Below are positions 12,963 to 27,440 of a stretch of 64,000 nt of DNA, in pieces. The position numbers and the translations under genes were made by a program. Under the pieces are notes generated by a model. That model did not search any database and had not been told where the DNA came from. It saw only the letters and a program-made list of their open reading frames with translations. Each line of letters starts with the position of its first letter. Position 1 is the stretch's first letter. Source of the DNA: Macrostomum lignano (Eukaryota); NCBI GenBank assembly GCA_002269645.1, contig NIVC01002373.1, positions 62,001-126,000 of the forward strand, written 5' to 3'.

Positions 12963-13441
12963 AGGAGCGCGCCACACTGAGGGTTTCGCCAAGTTTATAT
13001 ACTACCGACGAAGCCAAGGGGTCTATCAAAGTGTTTTCACCAATTTTATGGACAGCAAAATAATTAGATTATGAAGTCTGATTAACTGTTGAAACCGAAT
13101 AAATGTCAAGATTAATTTATGTTTACTGACACAATCGTTTGAGTTTCTTGTTTAAATGCAACGCAAAGCAAATATGGTAGGCTACGCTCGTATTAACATC
13201 CCACAGCATTTTGCGAACCAGTAGCAAATGAGAACACGCACTTTATCGATTGAAAAGTTCATGGAATGGTGAAGAACTGATACGCCGAAACTTCTATAAA
13301 AAATCAGTTCAAGCGATGGTCAATCAGCTGTTTTCTTCGGTAATGGCTGGTAATCTGAAGGAAACCGGTAAGATACGAACGATCAGGATTTGGAGTGCAT
13401 CGCTTCAGGCCACAGCAAATGGAATCAGAAGGACATTGAGC

Positions 13442-16400
13442 TCACCGAAAATGCGACTCGGCATCTTTAAAGGCGACAAGCAGCACAAAGTTGGCAAAGT
13501 CCACTCTGCAGAGGCCCTGAATTGGTAAAGTATAACTGTTGGTTATGCAGTGAATTTAAGATAAAGTGCTTCGGATTAGCAGCAAGCTGTACAATCATTT
13601 CACTGGGAAAAGAAAGACCTGCAGTACCTTGTACAGACAAGTGAGAGACTGCCCGAGCAGGAAGCAGTTGGCAACCCGACGCCACAGAGAAACTGCTCCT
13701 GCTTTGTTTGCCAATGCACGAACGATAAACAGAAAGACTGGCTGAGTCTACAATTCGAATGAGTTCAACATTGCAATGAACAAACTGGTCTTTGTTTGTG
13801 TCGTACAGCCAAGCCTTTGCTTAGGCTCAGTTAATGCATACAGTAGGGCAGAATTGCTTTAGTGTTGTAGAAGATAGATAAAAGCTCAAAGACAATTGAT
13901 TGGGAGCACGCTAAAAATAGAGTAGTCACTTTTTAATGCAAATAATACGAATACAAGCAGCAGTTCTTTAGTACGGAATTTTACCCTGCACTACTCACCT
14001 CGTTGTTTCCACCGCCCGCACTTTTCGCAATTGCATCCTCGACGAATTTGAGCGCATGCTGGCAGCCTCGGCGGAACGAAGGCTCGAGCGGCTGAGACCG
14101 GGAAATCTGCTGCTGCAGCAGCGTGTCATACTGCCAGTGGGCGGCTCTGTGGACAGTTGTGCAGTCAGGTGTGGTACATAGAGATGCGCCTGCCAAAGCA
14201 GGTGCGCAGCACAGCGCATCTAAGGGCTGTGTACGCCCGACCTTCAACCGAGACCGGCTCCACTACCTCGGGCCCAACCCGTCCCTGGACTACGCTTCCC
14301 AGCCCGAGAATATCCACAGCTCATCCGGTTCCTCCGGGCCACCAAACGAGCATCCGTCTTCCCCCGGGGACCACGCCGCAGACAGGCCCGGCAGACCTCT
14401 GCCTAATTCTGCCCTAGCCAATGCGGGCTTCTCAAGGATTAGCGGAATGAGCGACGCTCACCTCCCCGCTGCAAAGTCAGAACCGCCCTGCGACTAAGCC
14501 AAGTAAGTCAAGGGCTGTGTGTAGCTACCCTTTATTTCCACCAGCTTAGAGCTACTTCCCTATATCAGCAGGGTAAACTAGAGGCCAGCTTCTTAATGTG
14601 CGACGCATTGGCCCGTTTAGCTGCGTACTAACAGCGACCTTTATGCTTATATTGAATATCTTGTAGCACAGAGAGCGAACACTCTGACCCACTGGGCTAG
14701 CGACAATATAGCTTAAAAGCTTAAGTACTAGTGACTCACTCGTCCAGCCAGAAGCTGCCATCGGAAGCAGGTCGCCCTGCATCGGAAACCACTGGGAGTC
14801 TCTTGCCACCGGGAGCAGCGGCAGCTCTCGCCCAGGAAGTCCGAAGCTGCGAGGTCATCGACAGCTGCTGGTCTTCACTCGTCAAGGCATCGTCAAGACG
14901 AGCGGCCCTGCTCAGTGCGGGGCGCAGGCAGTACCGGCTGCGACCCATGACCTTCGTCAGCCAGCCGGAGAGATCAACGTTTTTCTGAGGACGACAGGGA
15001 AGAGTTGGAAACCAATTATTGTTACTCAGCTCACTCGTGCATGCTTGCTTTTGTTGATTTCACAATTAATTCTTCCCTCCCCTCTGTACCGCATTCGCTT
15101 ATTTGAGCCCGTGGTTACAGATGCAATACGTATTGCATTAACTTACGTTACCACTTTTATATCATTAAGCAAAGCTGTTGGTTTTTCTTAAAAAAGTTCT
15201 GCCTAATTTGAACCAAACATTCATGCGTTATTTTTTCAGTTAAATTTACTAAAGATGTACGTCAAAAAATTTCACAATAGGTTCTTTTATACTGATTATT
15301 TTATTGTTTATAGATGATTAAATGCTTTAATATATATTATTATAAACAACGACATTGCAGCATGAATTATAAAGGATTAATGCAGCCGTCTGACTCCTTG
15401 CCTGGATTGTTTCTCAGCTCATGAAAGCTGACAGTCGAGCTGTGTTTTGCGGCGATCATCTTCTTACAATCATTTTTTTCATTTTCTCCTTTCTTAATGT
15501 ACGCGCCCTTCAAACTCCTCCATTGTCAGCCACCCCAAAATCAATTTAATCAATAGAAAGTGTGTTAGTGCAGGGTTCGTGTTTTTTGTTACAGTTTTTA
15601 AGCCGCTGTGAGAGATCGCAACATGAGCCTGATTTACTAGCAAAAATGAATGACCGATTTTTGCAAAGTTTTTAGTTCCAACTCGTAGTGAAAACATCAA
15701 TTTGTCACAGACATTTTCCAAAATCAACATAAAATAACTTGACCACTCAACTGCTTCCGGCCAGTGTTGGTTGAGCTCAGCGTCCCATACGGAGCGGCGC
15801 AGCGCCAAGGCCTTCAGCGGGACGCGTTGCACCCGGTGAATGATCCCGGGACTGCGTGACGTATGCGGCATGGTCTGTAAAAATGGACGTTCGATTCTTC
15901 GCTCACCATTTTATTGTATATTATTTTGCGGCTCTAAACGGAGTCCGGAGAATCTCTTTCCAAACCTGATCGTTCCAGGCGCTGGCGCAGAAGAGGTTCG
16001 GGTCCCTGTCCATGAGATGCAGCGTCCAGTTGAAGAACTGAATGGCGTCGCGGGTCAAAGCGATGCCGTCTTCCAGCAGAATGACAAACTTTGCTGACTG
16101 AAAGGGATTTTTGCAACGATGTCAGTCAGTCTGAGAGCAGCTCAGGAACTGTGCGCACAGTGCTCAGCACCGGTTATGATTGTATGGCTGACGCGGCTGT
16201 CTGCAACACAGCAGAGGCCTCACCGGGTAGAGCTGGAAAGTCTCGGTCAGGCTCAGACGGTAAAGGTCCGCGAGCGACACGGATACTGACCGTCGCTGCG
16301 AGCTCGGCAGCTGCAGCAGGTTGCAGACCAGCCGCGGCTCTTCGAAGAAGCCGCGCAGAAGGACGCGGATTTGTGAGGCGTTCACCGCCTCTGCTGAGAG

Positions 16401-18285
16401 TAGCGAGGCCAGAGCTCTGCGGGCAGGTAGGTGGTGCTCCATAGCTGGAGACTCGGAATTATTATGGGAGCAGCGTTCCACCTCACCTGAACAAAAACTG
16501 AGGTCGGTTGTCGCTCATCACAGTGATGGGCACTACCTCAGAAGCAATCCAGGGACTCTGTGGGCGGAGAGGTTACAAATCTTGTACGTACTGTATTGCG
16601 ATCCACTCGTTATTTATCGAATTTTTGGTAGCGCGAACCGTCCTGCTTCTTTGCTTACCGGAGCGCTGCGGAAGCTGACTCGAGCCGGACTGTCGCAGGC
16701 GCACACGTTGCTGCTGAAGCCGTCGACGAGGCTGCAGAATCGTCGCCTACGGAGCGTCTCCTCGCCGGCCGGCCAGCCAGGGCAGAGCAAGTCTGAGGAC
16801 GGGGATCAACCGGCCAGTCGTGTGGCGTTTTAGCTAAATGCTTCTTTATTGAAGACAGTTCACCCCTTTAAGTCTTCTGAAGTCTTAATTCAACCAAATT
16901 TCGCTTCTAAGTTTCAAAAGGCTTAAACTGTGATTTCCTACCAGTTTTACTGCATCATATAGCTTGCCCATATACGTACAATCTGTCTCTCTGAATCTGC
17001 CCGCTAAATCCGCTTTGAAATCGCTTTTTAATAAACTCAGTATCGCGCCTAATCTACCTCCGACAGAACCTGCTGGCTAATTGCTTTACCAGCTTCAGCC
17101 CAGCCTCACCGTCTTCTGCTGCCAGTCTGATGGCTGTCTCGACTTCAGTCAACTGCCCGACGCTTGGCGAAAGCTTCTCGATCAGGCGTCCGACTGAAAG
17201 AATGACATGTGCACAAAATTACATCGGGTCAAACCTGCATCATCACGCCAGGTTTTACTCACTTTTGGCTAGAGACACCATCGCCCAGGTCCAACCGGGT
17301 CTCAGTTTGTACAACAGGTGGCCTCCCTGGGCAGCCACCGCCGCACTACCGGGGTCCAGACCGCCGATCTGGTGGCTCCTCTGCAAGTAAGCCAGGAAGC
17401 AAGCTCCTCTTCTAGCTAATGTTGATCAATATGATGAAGATCAAGGTTGAAGAATTCGGTCTCACCGCAGTTGCCATGGCCAGAATCCGCCCAGAGACCA
17501 CAGTATTTATCACTGCCGCGGCTTGCTCCAGGTCAGCGAAAATTCTGTGGCCCATGAGGGAAGCCTAAAGTTTTGCATGAAAGAGGAAAAATTCAGCTTT
17601 GCTCAAATTTGTTTAAATTCAAGGCTGCCCGCTACTACTACTCACAGTAGCCTGGTTGAGAATGAACAAGTGTAGACCGGGCCTCGTATCATTTACGAGC
17701 TGAAAATTATGCCAGATTTTCATACCAGACGATTTAAATAAACAAACAGAAAATAATTAAAAACGCCTAATGTTTACCAGATGTCGATTGTCGGACATAA
17801 AGACCCCTGATCCACTAAATCCACTGATCCACCATCCCGAGGTTCCCAGAGTTTCCGAAATCTTCGCTAAACATCGCCAATCATGGGGACCAGAAAACCC
17901 AACTCCCTCAGACCCAGCCAGAAGCACCAACCAGCACCCCATCGACATTCAGCGCTGTGAAGCCGCCGCCAGTCCACAGTCGCAATCGAATGCGAGACCC
18001 CGTCGGTTGAGCCTCCTCCACCGGCGCCTCCGGTGGCAGCTGCCTGATTTGCCGAAACCTGCTCCCGACAATGCCTGAGTCGGGATTTTCCACAGACCCT
18101 GTGGGGATTTAAAATTTTAGCATTAATTAACTCAACATGTATGTGCTCAAGCATAAAAGCGTTCAAAATCAAGCCCCTAAAAAGTTTTATTCACTCATCC
18201 AAGGGACTTCGTCACCTCATTCGGATCCCTAACCAGCTTGATGCGGTCAAGCAAAATAATGATACTTGAGAAAAGAAGCAGGTAC
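13442..18285 (-). CDS. POMGNT1: POMGNT1-like (GT13) type II Golgi glycosyltransferase homolog, about 14 exons; start exon uncertain (possibly ~19380-19500)
   Basis: Collinear exons resembling POMGnT1: YLLLFSSIIILLDRIKL (TM); RIRLRLWTGGGFTALNVDGVL; RPGLHLFILNQAT (17699-17646); ASLMGHRIF..VSGRILAMAT (17564-17466); WTWAMV; RRRRFCSLVDGFSSNVCAC; VPITVMSDNRPQFLFR; LLSAEAVNASQIRVLLRGFFEEP; SAKFVILLEDG...LFCASAWNDQ; IHRVQ..LRRSVWDAEL; YCLRPALSR; LWRRVANC; last exon GLCRVDF...HFR-TGA at 13442. Most junctions are phase-consistent GT-AG; two could not be resolved. Confidence 0.85.
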
Positions 18286-20917
18286 TCTGAGTTGAAATCT
18301 TCATTAAGCCATCGAAGAAGCTACTCCAAGCGACGTGCCTCGCTATCGGTGATGAGGTGGTTATTGCCGCCACTCAAAGTTCCTTGCTCGTATTTGGACA
18401 CCAAGGATTCAACATAATCAGCTTCCTCCAGCCTCATCAACAGCCTCGCTAATGCTGTCAGCGTCATCTCTCCCAGGCTCTCAGAGCGGCCAGAAGAGCA
18501 CGGGAAGCCAGCGGACCATGAAATGGACATTCCTCCACTTCCACTGCAGCCTCCGCTATCGATTTCGGCTGGCCCCGACCCACCTCACAGTTCGAGGAGG
18601 TCCGGAACTCGCTCCCTAGACTGGCCTCCCTGCCTCAGCACAGCTCGATCCCATCGTCTCTTATTCCCTTCGCACTCGATGGCTCGACATCCCTGCGATT
18701 CCGACTCCGTAGGCTGGGATTTTATTCCCCTCCACCCCCGCAATCTCCGAGAGCAGCGGGGGACGGCCGCGCTGGAGAAACTAAAAAGTGAAGGCCGGGG
18801 TCGGCCGGGCCAGCAGCTCAGGTCCTCCGAGACCGAGCCCGAAAACCGGGCGCTCAAGTGAAGCTTCCGAGTTGGGGATGAAGGAGCGGCCCAGAATCAG
18901 GCAGCACTTTCCCTCCCCTCGTCTTCCCCCCGGTTGCTCCCCCGATTCCGGGGCGCTGCAAAAGTAAAAGTTGAGCTGGCTCGAAAATCGGCCCCAGCTT
19001 TGTGCACAGTTATATACTCGTATGCATGCATAATGCATTGGTCCAATTCACTGGACCAAACAAAGTATTTATATTTATTCTGAATTGCTAGGCAGCCCGG
19101 ACCAGAGCAGGGGATGAGCAGCCCAGTTTCGCCTCCTGGGAAAATGCAGCAACCAGCTAAAATTCTTCTAAAATTAATTGCTTCCTCACCAATACATTGC
19201 ACTCTCTTCTGTTTTGGCTTTAATTTCGATTTTCGATAACCTTTAGCTTGGACTCGAGCAGCAAGCCTCCTGCTGCATACGAGCGTAGATTCGGGTATTT
19301 TTATATAAATTGAGAAGAAAGTCTTGTTTATTTGAAGTGCGTCTTGACTATTTAATTTTTTCCATATTCTTAACATATCGCTCGATGAACCAACCATTCT
19401 CAGGACCTGTGGCAGCAGCGGCGTCAACCTGTAGCTCTTACGCCTCCTGGGATATCGCGGGTGCACAAGGTCGTGTCGGAAGGCATCTCCAAGTTGATGT
19501 AATAATCCAAGGGGGAACACCAGACCACAAAAACACAGGCTAGTGTGCTCCTTGTGATGTTCGCACATTCATGCATCTCAACCTCCAGAGTTTGATATTG
19601 CTGAAAATACGCTCGTGTATAAAACTGCCTGCGATATTTTAACAGAGTCAACTATATTGGCGGGCGAAAAACTATCCCTAACAGCATAAACGGATGCTCA
19701 ATTGCTTAGATATATTTAGCTTGCACTAGCGCAGTGACAATGTGCCAGTAAGAGAGAAAGAGCGTGCATAGCTATTGACTTTGTCAGCGATAGAAACAGA
19801 ACGTGCAATGGGTTTTACGTATCGAAAAAGTTCACAACTTTACTACTGCCCAATAGAGCTACCAATAAAAGACATCGAGTCATCACAGTTTTTTCTGTAT
19901 TTTCCCATATTTCTTCCGATTTCGCAGACTTTCCTGACCATCCTTTTGTAGAATGGAATCCGAATGGAACTGTCAGCTCAATTCTTCGTCTGAAAATTTT
20001 CTGCCTTTGAGATCCTCAGCAGAGCAAAGTCGAGCTGACAACTAGTAATTGGCTGCGCTCCAGAGCGCCCAGCGTCACGCAAATTTGCCCATAGATGCGG
20101 CCCAGACTCCGCCATCTCACGGGAGGGTCTCAACTCAGTGCTGTCAGCTTCAATCCGCAGTCAAAGCATGCAGCACTGAAACAGGGCTAGAAGAAAACTC
20201 ATTGGGATGCGCATTTCCATGCTTTGCAGCTTGTAAGCTGCACAGGATCTGGTCTCGTGCTTGCTACTCGGATAAGTTGAGTAACGCATTTAAATTACTT
20301 TGCCTTTGGTCCTTCGGGCGCGTCTTCATCCAGTGCAAATTCGAACTGCCTGTTCATTGCCTCTTCATCCTCTACTTTTCAGTTGCCGCTTGCATGGGAA
20401 ACTTACTGAGGTAACAGCTCCCATTCTCCTTCCCACTAGCTGAGCTTTCCTGCAGCAATTCTTCGCAGCTCTACTGCAGCACAGCTAGCTGGCTCGAGCA
20501 TCCATCAGCATCCCTCCTGCTTTACCGGCGGTTCCTTTTGGCCTTTTCGAATCAGTCAGGCCAACCCAGGATCAAAGTGAAGCGTTAAATCTCTCCAAAG
20601 CTGCGAGTTGTCTTCAATGGATGGATGTCTTTGCAGCATCCCAAAGTCTTCATCAGTTTGGCAGGCCTCTGTTCTGCTTGCCTGCTTCCAATTCTTTGCA
20701 AAGCAGTATACAGATTATGATTGACAGGTGAAATTTCGCCCTGCCAATTCATTGAGGAAGCAGAATTTGTCATTAATAATTCATTCCAAACTTTTTGTAT
20801 ACGAGATTGCATGTAATGATTATTTGCTAATTTAAAACTTATCGAATCAAGCCACACATCTGAGTCAGAGTGGAAAATAGCATTTCTCGTTCGCCTTATC
20901 CAAATTAGCATCTGCTG

Positions 20918-21485
20918 TCTGATCCCCATACCTACTCTCCCCACCTCCCATCTGATCCCCATACCTACTCTCCCCACCTCCCATCTGATCCCCATACCTA
21001 CTCTCCCCACCTCCCATCTGATCCCCATACCTACTCTCCCCACCTCCCATCTGATCCCCATACCTACTCTCCCCACCTCCCATCTGATCCCCATACCTAC
21101 TCTCCCCACCTCCCATCTGATCCCCATACCTACTCTCCCCACCTCCCATCTGATCCCCATATACCTACTCTCCCCACCTCCCATCTGATCCCCATATACC
21201 TACTCTCCCCACCTCCCATCTGATCCCCATATACCTACTCTCCCCACCTCCCATCTGATCCCCATACCTACTCTCCCCACGTCTCATCTGAACTCATACC
21301 TACTCTCCCCACGTCTCATCTGAACTCATACCTACTCTCCCCACGTCTCATCTGAACTCATACCTACTCTCCCCACCTCCCATCTGATCCCCATACCTAC
21401 TCTCCCCACCTCCCATCTGATCCCCATACCTACTCTCCCCACGTCTCATCTGAACTCATACCTACTCTCACCACCTCCCATCTGA
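20918..21485. repeat. 33-bp minisatellite (atctgatccccatacctactctccccacctccc)
   Basis: Direct periodicity, about 17 copies. Confidence 0.95.
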
Positions 21486-21965
21486 TCCCACTCTCCCACA
21501 TCACATCTAATCCCAGATCAACCTGATTTCCATACCCCTGTCTGATCTCGCACGGCTATCCTTATCCCCTGCCTACTCACTTTCATCCCGTATCTCCAGA
21601 CAATTTCTGCATACGAAGTTCCCGCAGCCCCTCACAAGCTGTGATTTGGCCAATGCCTCGCCAGCTGAGCCCCCTGCCCGCTGAGTTCGAGCTCAGCTCA
21701 GCTCAGGCGATGCCCCAGCATCCTGAGAAAGCCACTCTGCTGAATTATTCACACTTCATTGGCAGGCCGCGGCTCCCCCCCCCCCGTCAACAGCCAGGCC
21801 GCCGAAAGCGAGTGTTGATTTCGTGTTCCCCCCTTCTCCGCTGCCCCTCAAGTGCATCGACGTCTCTGAGTCCAGAGGAGTCTTGAGACTGACAGGGAGG
21901 ACAAACTAGCGAGAGTAGAAGCCACGAAGGCAGGCATGAGAATCATCTGCATTGGGGATTTCAGA

Positions 21966-22550
21966 GGAGTGTGTAGAGAGTGTGAGAGGGAGTGTGTAGA
22001 GAGTGTGAGAGGGAGTGTGTAGAGAGTGTGAGAGGGAGTGTGTAGAGAGTGTGAGAGAGTGTGTAGAGAATGTGAGAGGGAGTGTGTAGAGAGTGTGAGA
22101 GGGAGTGTGTAGAGAGTGAGAGGGAGTGTGTAGAGAGTGAGAGGGAGTGTGTAAAGATTGTGAGAGAGAGTGTGTAGAGAGTGTGAGAGGGAGTGTGTAG
22201 AGAGGGTGAGGGGAGTGTGTAGAGAGGGTGAGGGGAGTGTGTAGAGAGTGTGAGAGAGAGTGTGTAGAGAGGGTGAGAGGGAGTGTGTAGAGAGTGTGAG
22301 AGAGAGTGTGTAGAGAGGGTGAGGGGAGTGTGTAGAGAGGGTGAGAGGGAGTGTGTAGAGAGTGTGAGAGAGAGTGTGTAGAGAATGTGAGAGGGAGTGT
22401 GTAGAGAGTGTGAGAGGGAGTGTGTAGAGAGTGTGAGAGAGAGTGTGTAGGGAGTGTGAGAGGGAGTGTGTAGAGAGGGTGAGGGGAGTGTGTAGAGAGG
22501 GTGAGGGGAGTGTGTAGAGAGGGTGAGGGGAGTGTGTAGAGAGGGTGAGA
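21966..22550. repeat. 21-23-bp purine-rich minisatellite (gagtgtgtagagagtgtgagagg)
   Basis: Direct periodicity. Confidence 0.95.
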
Positions 22551-23805
22551 GTAGGGAAAATATGACATAACAATGGTGCAAAGAATCCAGTGTTTCGGAA
22601 GTCAATTCTAAAGAGTTCGAAAGGAGATTAGCAATTTGAGTTTCATTGAAAATTATGGCTCTACAAAAGACCTGAAGCAATATGGAAAACTCCCCAGCTA
22701 AGATCCGGGCTGCTCCCTAACTCGAAAACCTGCTAGTATGAAGACTTGCTTTGTTGGTCAGCGCCAATCTCGACAGGCTGGCCACGCCGAAACAGGAGCC
22801 TCTGCGACAGCAGAACCGCGGCAGCCAAAGCCAGGGTTAGCGCGACCTGCTGGTTAAGAATGGGAAGATTGAGATCATTGAAAATGCTCTAACAACAACT
22901 TTGCATGATTCCGCCTCATTTAAATTCCCGCAGCTGATAGCTGCAGAATGCCTGCTATATAGTCATGGCTTGTTGGCCCGATTAAGGTTTTGTCATTAAG
23001 AGAGCGAATTGCATTGAAACTCTCGGGCACCGCTCTGTTCCCCACTCGAATACCCCTTCTGCATCCAAATGCGGAGCTATCTGCAAAATCTGCAGCCTTT
23101 GAGGCGGAACGGCAGGCTGAGACCCCGGCCAGTCTCCGCCCACAGCCTCTCCTCTGCTCTCCATCCTTGAAGAGCAGCTCAATGCAGCGGCAGGGCACCC
23201 TTCGCACACAAAAGCGGAGGAAGCAAGGGAGGTGGCTGCTCAGAATGCTCGGTGCAATAACGTATAGGTAAGAAGCCAGCGCTCGGCACTCCTGAGCTAG
23301 TGGGCCTGAGACAGAGAGGGACTGGAGAGGCTCTAAGGCTGATGAACTGTCTCCGGGCGGGTGATGAAGAATCCGCCGCCATCTGCTGGCGAAAATGGAT
23401 GGGAGACAGCGAGCGGGAGACGCAAAGCAGAGTCACTCTCACTGTGCGGCTCTGCATTCACCCGCCTGACGGGAGACAAAGTGATTTATTGCTCTCGGCT
23501 GCAGCTCCGTGGCTGCAGATTCCTTTATCTAGGCCGGCCAGCACCATCCTTCAATGCAGCCCCTGCCGTGTGCTTGGGGAAGGGAAGCCTTATGATATCC
23601 TGCAACTGCACGAGCAACGAGAAGGGAGCTGGGCGCCAAAAAAGATAATGGCGCGCCGTGGCAATTGGCGCCAAAATGGAGTGGGGCATCGATTCCTCAC
23701 AGGGATGCATGTGGGCGATATGTATGTAAGTATGGAGACAATATCCATCTGCACAATGCCTATTACAGACTGCAATTTTCAATTACACAATGGGAGAGTT
23801 CGTAG

Positions 23806-24280
23806 ACAGTATACAGTATGCGGTACACAGTGTGCAGTACACAGTGTGCAGTACACAGTATGTAGTACACAGTGTGCAGTGCACAGTATGCAGTGCACAG
23901 TATGCAGTACACAGTATGTAGTACACAGTGTGCAGTGCACAGTATGCAGTGCGCAGTATGCAGTACACAGTATGTAGTACACAGTGTGCAGTACACAGTG
24001 TGCAGTACACAGTGTGCAGTACACAGTGTGCAGTACACAGTATGTAGTACACAGTATACAGTACACAGAAAGCAGTGCACAGTATGCAGTGCACAGTATG
24101 CAGTACACAGTATGTAGTACACAGTGTGCAGTGCACAGTATGCAGTGCGCAGTATGCAGTACACAGTATGTAGTACACAGTGTGCAGTACACAGTGTGCA
24201 GTACACAGTGTGCAGTACACATTGTGCAGTACACAGTATACAGTTCATAGTATACAGTACATAGTATGCAGTACACTTTA
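23806..24280. repeat. 14-bp minisatellite (cagtacacagtgtg)
   Basis: Direct periodicity. Confidence 0.95.
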
Positions 24281-24314
24281 CACTACAATTCCACAACACA
24301 TAACTCACATCACA

Positions 24315-24525
24315 CTTTACAATTGCACTGCACACAGTAAAGCTTACAATTGCACTGCACACAGTAAAGCTTACAATTGCACTGTACACAGTAAAGCTTA
24401 CAATTGCACTGTACACAGTAAAGCTTACAATTGCACTGCACACAGTAAAGCTTACAATTGCACTGTACACAGTAAAGCTTACAATTGCACTGTACACAGT
24501 AAAGCTTACAATTGCACTGCACACA
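24315..24525. repeat. 27-bp minisatellite (acagtaaagcttacaattgcactgtac)
   Basis: Direct periodicity, about 8 copies. Confidence 0.95.
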
Positions 24526-25008
24526 GTACGAACGTACGCAGTAACACTTCCCAATTGCACAGCAATCCTACACAGTGCATTGCGCAGTCTCACCTTCGGC
24601 AAAAGCCCCAGCTTGAGGCGGCGCAGACTTGGCATTGTCTGCTAATATTTTGTTGAATCCCTTCGACACGAAATCAGAGCGCCAAGCTGAAAATGTTCCT
24701 TGACCTGTGCTCACCAGTGGGAAGTTGAGTATTAAATGCCTGGGCTTCTCAGCCTTGCACATAAATCTATAGAGAATGCGAAACCAACAGTGTTGAGTTC
24801 CCACAGCTCCATTCCCATTGGCCCCTCGGCGGATTCTCACTTTCAGCTGTAAATTGATATTTAATATTAATTCACTAGGAGGAATTCGCACACACTACTT
24901 CAAGTAGCATTATGAGACTTGCGCGGTTTAAAAGCACAGACTACTTTAGCTTTTAGTAATAAATATATACGAGTAGATTTTGATGTTTTTAATAATGCAG
25001 TGAGACAC

Positions 25009-25550
25009 TGTGGCAGGGAGTGGCAGTGTGGCGGGGAGTGGCAGTGTGGCAGGGAGTGGCAGTGTGGCGGGGAGTGGCAGTGTGGCAGGGAGTGGCAGTG
25101 TGGCGGGAGTGGCAGTGTGGCGGGAGTGGCAGTGTGGCAGGGAGTGGCAGTGTGGCGGGGAGTGGCAGTGTGGCGGGGAGTGGCAGTGTGGCAGGGAGTG
25201 GCAGTGTGGCGGGGAGTGGCAGTGTGGCAGGGAGTGGCAGTGTGGCAGGGAGTGGCAGTGTGGCAGGGAGTGGCAGTGGGGCAGGGAGTGGCAGTGGTGC
25301 AGGGAGTGGCAGTGTGGCAGGGAGTGGCAGTGTGGCAGGGAGTGGCAGTGTGGCGGGGAGTGGCAGTGTGGCGGGGAGTGGCAGTGTGGCGGGGAGTGGC
25401 AGTGTGGCAGGGAGTGGCAGTGTGGCGGGAGTGGCAGTGTGGCGGGGAGTGGCAGTGTGGCAGGGAGTGGCAGTGTGGCGGGGAGTGGCAGTGTGGCAGG
25501 GAGTGGCAGTGTGGCAGGGAGTGGCAGTGTGGCGGGGAGTGGCAGTGGGG
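25009..25550. repeat. 18-bp G-rich minisatellite (gtggcagtgtggcaggga)
   Basis: Direct periodicity, about 30 copies. Confidence 0.95.
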
Positions 25551-26029
25551 CACTGTAACATAGGAGAGTGCTCCATGAGCAGTGCGGAGCAACTGTCAGT
25601 GAATAGGAGTTGCGCACCGACTAATTATAGCCGGTTGCTCTCAGGCTGCGCAATCGCGGAGGTACGGCCGGCGAGTGAGCTCTGAGCAGATGCTGTTAGT
25701 GAGCGTTATCGCTATCTGAAGCCTGCGGATAGAAATAGGACTCACCTGTGAGGCCTGTGAGCAATGTCTGACCAGCGAGATGCGCATTAGCTCAGCTCGG
25801 ATATCGGAGCAATTTATGCTTACCTACTGATAAGAGATGGAGTTGGCGGTTTCGCACTGAATTTAGTTATTATATTATAAGTAATCATAGTTGATGCTCA
25901 TTGTTTCGTTATCTGGTATTGGGCCTCGGATATTCAGGTAGCAGTCAGCCCAAGGTGAGGCGAAGTTGACTGCAGGATAAGCAGAGATGGGGTGGACGGG
26001 ATGGAAGGATAGAAGTTGACAAATTGAGG

Positions 26030-27440
26030 AATGTAGGATGAGATTGAATGATGGAAGTTGCGAAATGGCGGGATGGAGGGTGAGATGGAATGATGAATGT
26101 TGAGAATCGGCGGGATGGGGGTGAGATGGAAGGATGGATGTTGAGAAATGGAGGGATGGGGGTGAGATGGATGTTGCGAAATGGCGGGATGGGGGTGAGA
26201 TGGAAGGATGAATGTTGAGAAATGGCGGGATGAATGGTGAGATGGAAGGATGGAAGTTGAGAAATGGCGGGATGAAGGGTGAGATGGAATGATGAATGTT
26301 GAGAAATGGCGAGATGGAGGGTGAGATGGAATGATGAATGTTGAGAATCGGCGGGATGAAGGGTGAGATGGAATGATGAATGTTGAGAAATGGCGAGATG
26401 GAGGGTGAGATGGAATGATGAATGTTGAGAATCGGCGGGATGAAGGGTGAGATGGAATGATGAATGTTGAGAAATGGCGAGATGGAGGGTGAGATGGAAT
26501 GATGAATGTTGAGAATCGGCGGGATGGGGTGAGATGGAAGGATGGAAGTTGAGAAATGGAGGGATGGAGGGTGAGATGGAATGATGAATGTTGAGAAATG
26601 GCGGGATGGGGGTGAGATGGAAGGATGGATGTTGAGAAATGGAGGGATGGGGGTGAGATGGAAGGATGGATGTTGAGAAATGGAGGGATGGGGGTGAGAT
26701 GGAAGGATGGATGTTGAGAAATGGCGGGATGGAGGGTGAGATGGAATGATGAATGTTGAGAAATGGCGGGATGGGGGTGAGATGGAAGGATGGATGTTGA
26801 GAAATAGCGGGATGGAGGGTGAGATGGAATGATGAATGTTGAGAAATGGCGAGATGGAGGGTGAGATGGAAGGATGGATGTTGAGAAATGGCGGGATGGA
26901 GGGTGAGATGGAAGGATGGATGTTGAGAAATGGCGGGATGGAGGGTGAGATGGATGTTGCGAAATAGCGGGATGTAGGGTGAGATGGATGTTGCGAAATG
27001 GCGGGATGTAGGGTGAGATGGATGTTGCGAAATGGCGGGATGTAGGGTGAGATGGATGTTGCGAAATGGCGGGATGTAGGGTGAGATGGATGTTGCGAAA
27101 TGGCGGGATGTAGGGTGAGATGGATGTTGCGAAATGGCGGGATGTAGGGTGAGATGGATGTTGCGAAATGGCGGGATGGAGGGTGAGATGGAAGGATGGA
27201 AGTTGAGAAATAGCGGGATGAAGGGTGAGATGGAAGGATGGAAGTTGAGAAATGGCGGGATGGAGGGTGAGATGGATGTTGCGAAATGGCGGGATGGAGG
27301 GTGAGATGGAAGGATGTATGTTGAGAAATAGCGAGATGGAGGGTGAGATGGAAGTTGAGAAATGGTGGGATGGAGGTTGAGATGGATTTTGCGAAATGGC
27401 GGGATGGAGGGTGAGATGGAAGTTGAGAAATGGCGGGATG
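26030..27440. repeat. Purine-rich minisatellite with 34- and ~42-bp unit variants (gagatggaaggatggatgttgagaaatggcgggatggagggt)
   Basis: Direct periodicity; a run of 34-bp variants lies near 26940-27180. Confidence 0.93.

Noticed and set aside
23628-23680. Paired E2F-like TTTGGCGC sites
   Set aside because: Short motif in GC-rich DNA with no identifiable transcription start nearby.
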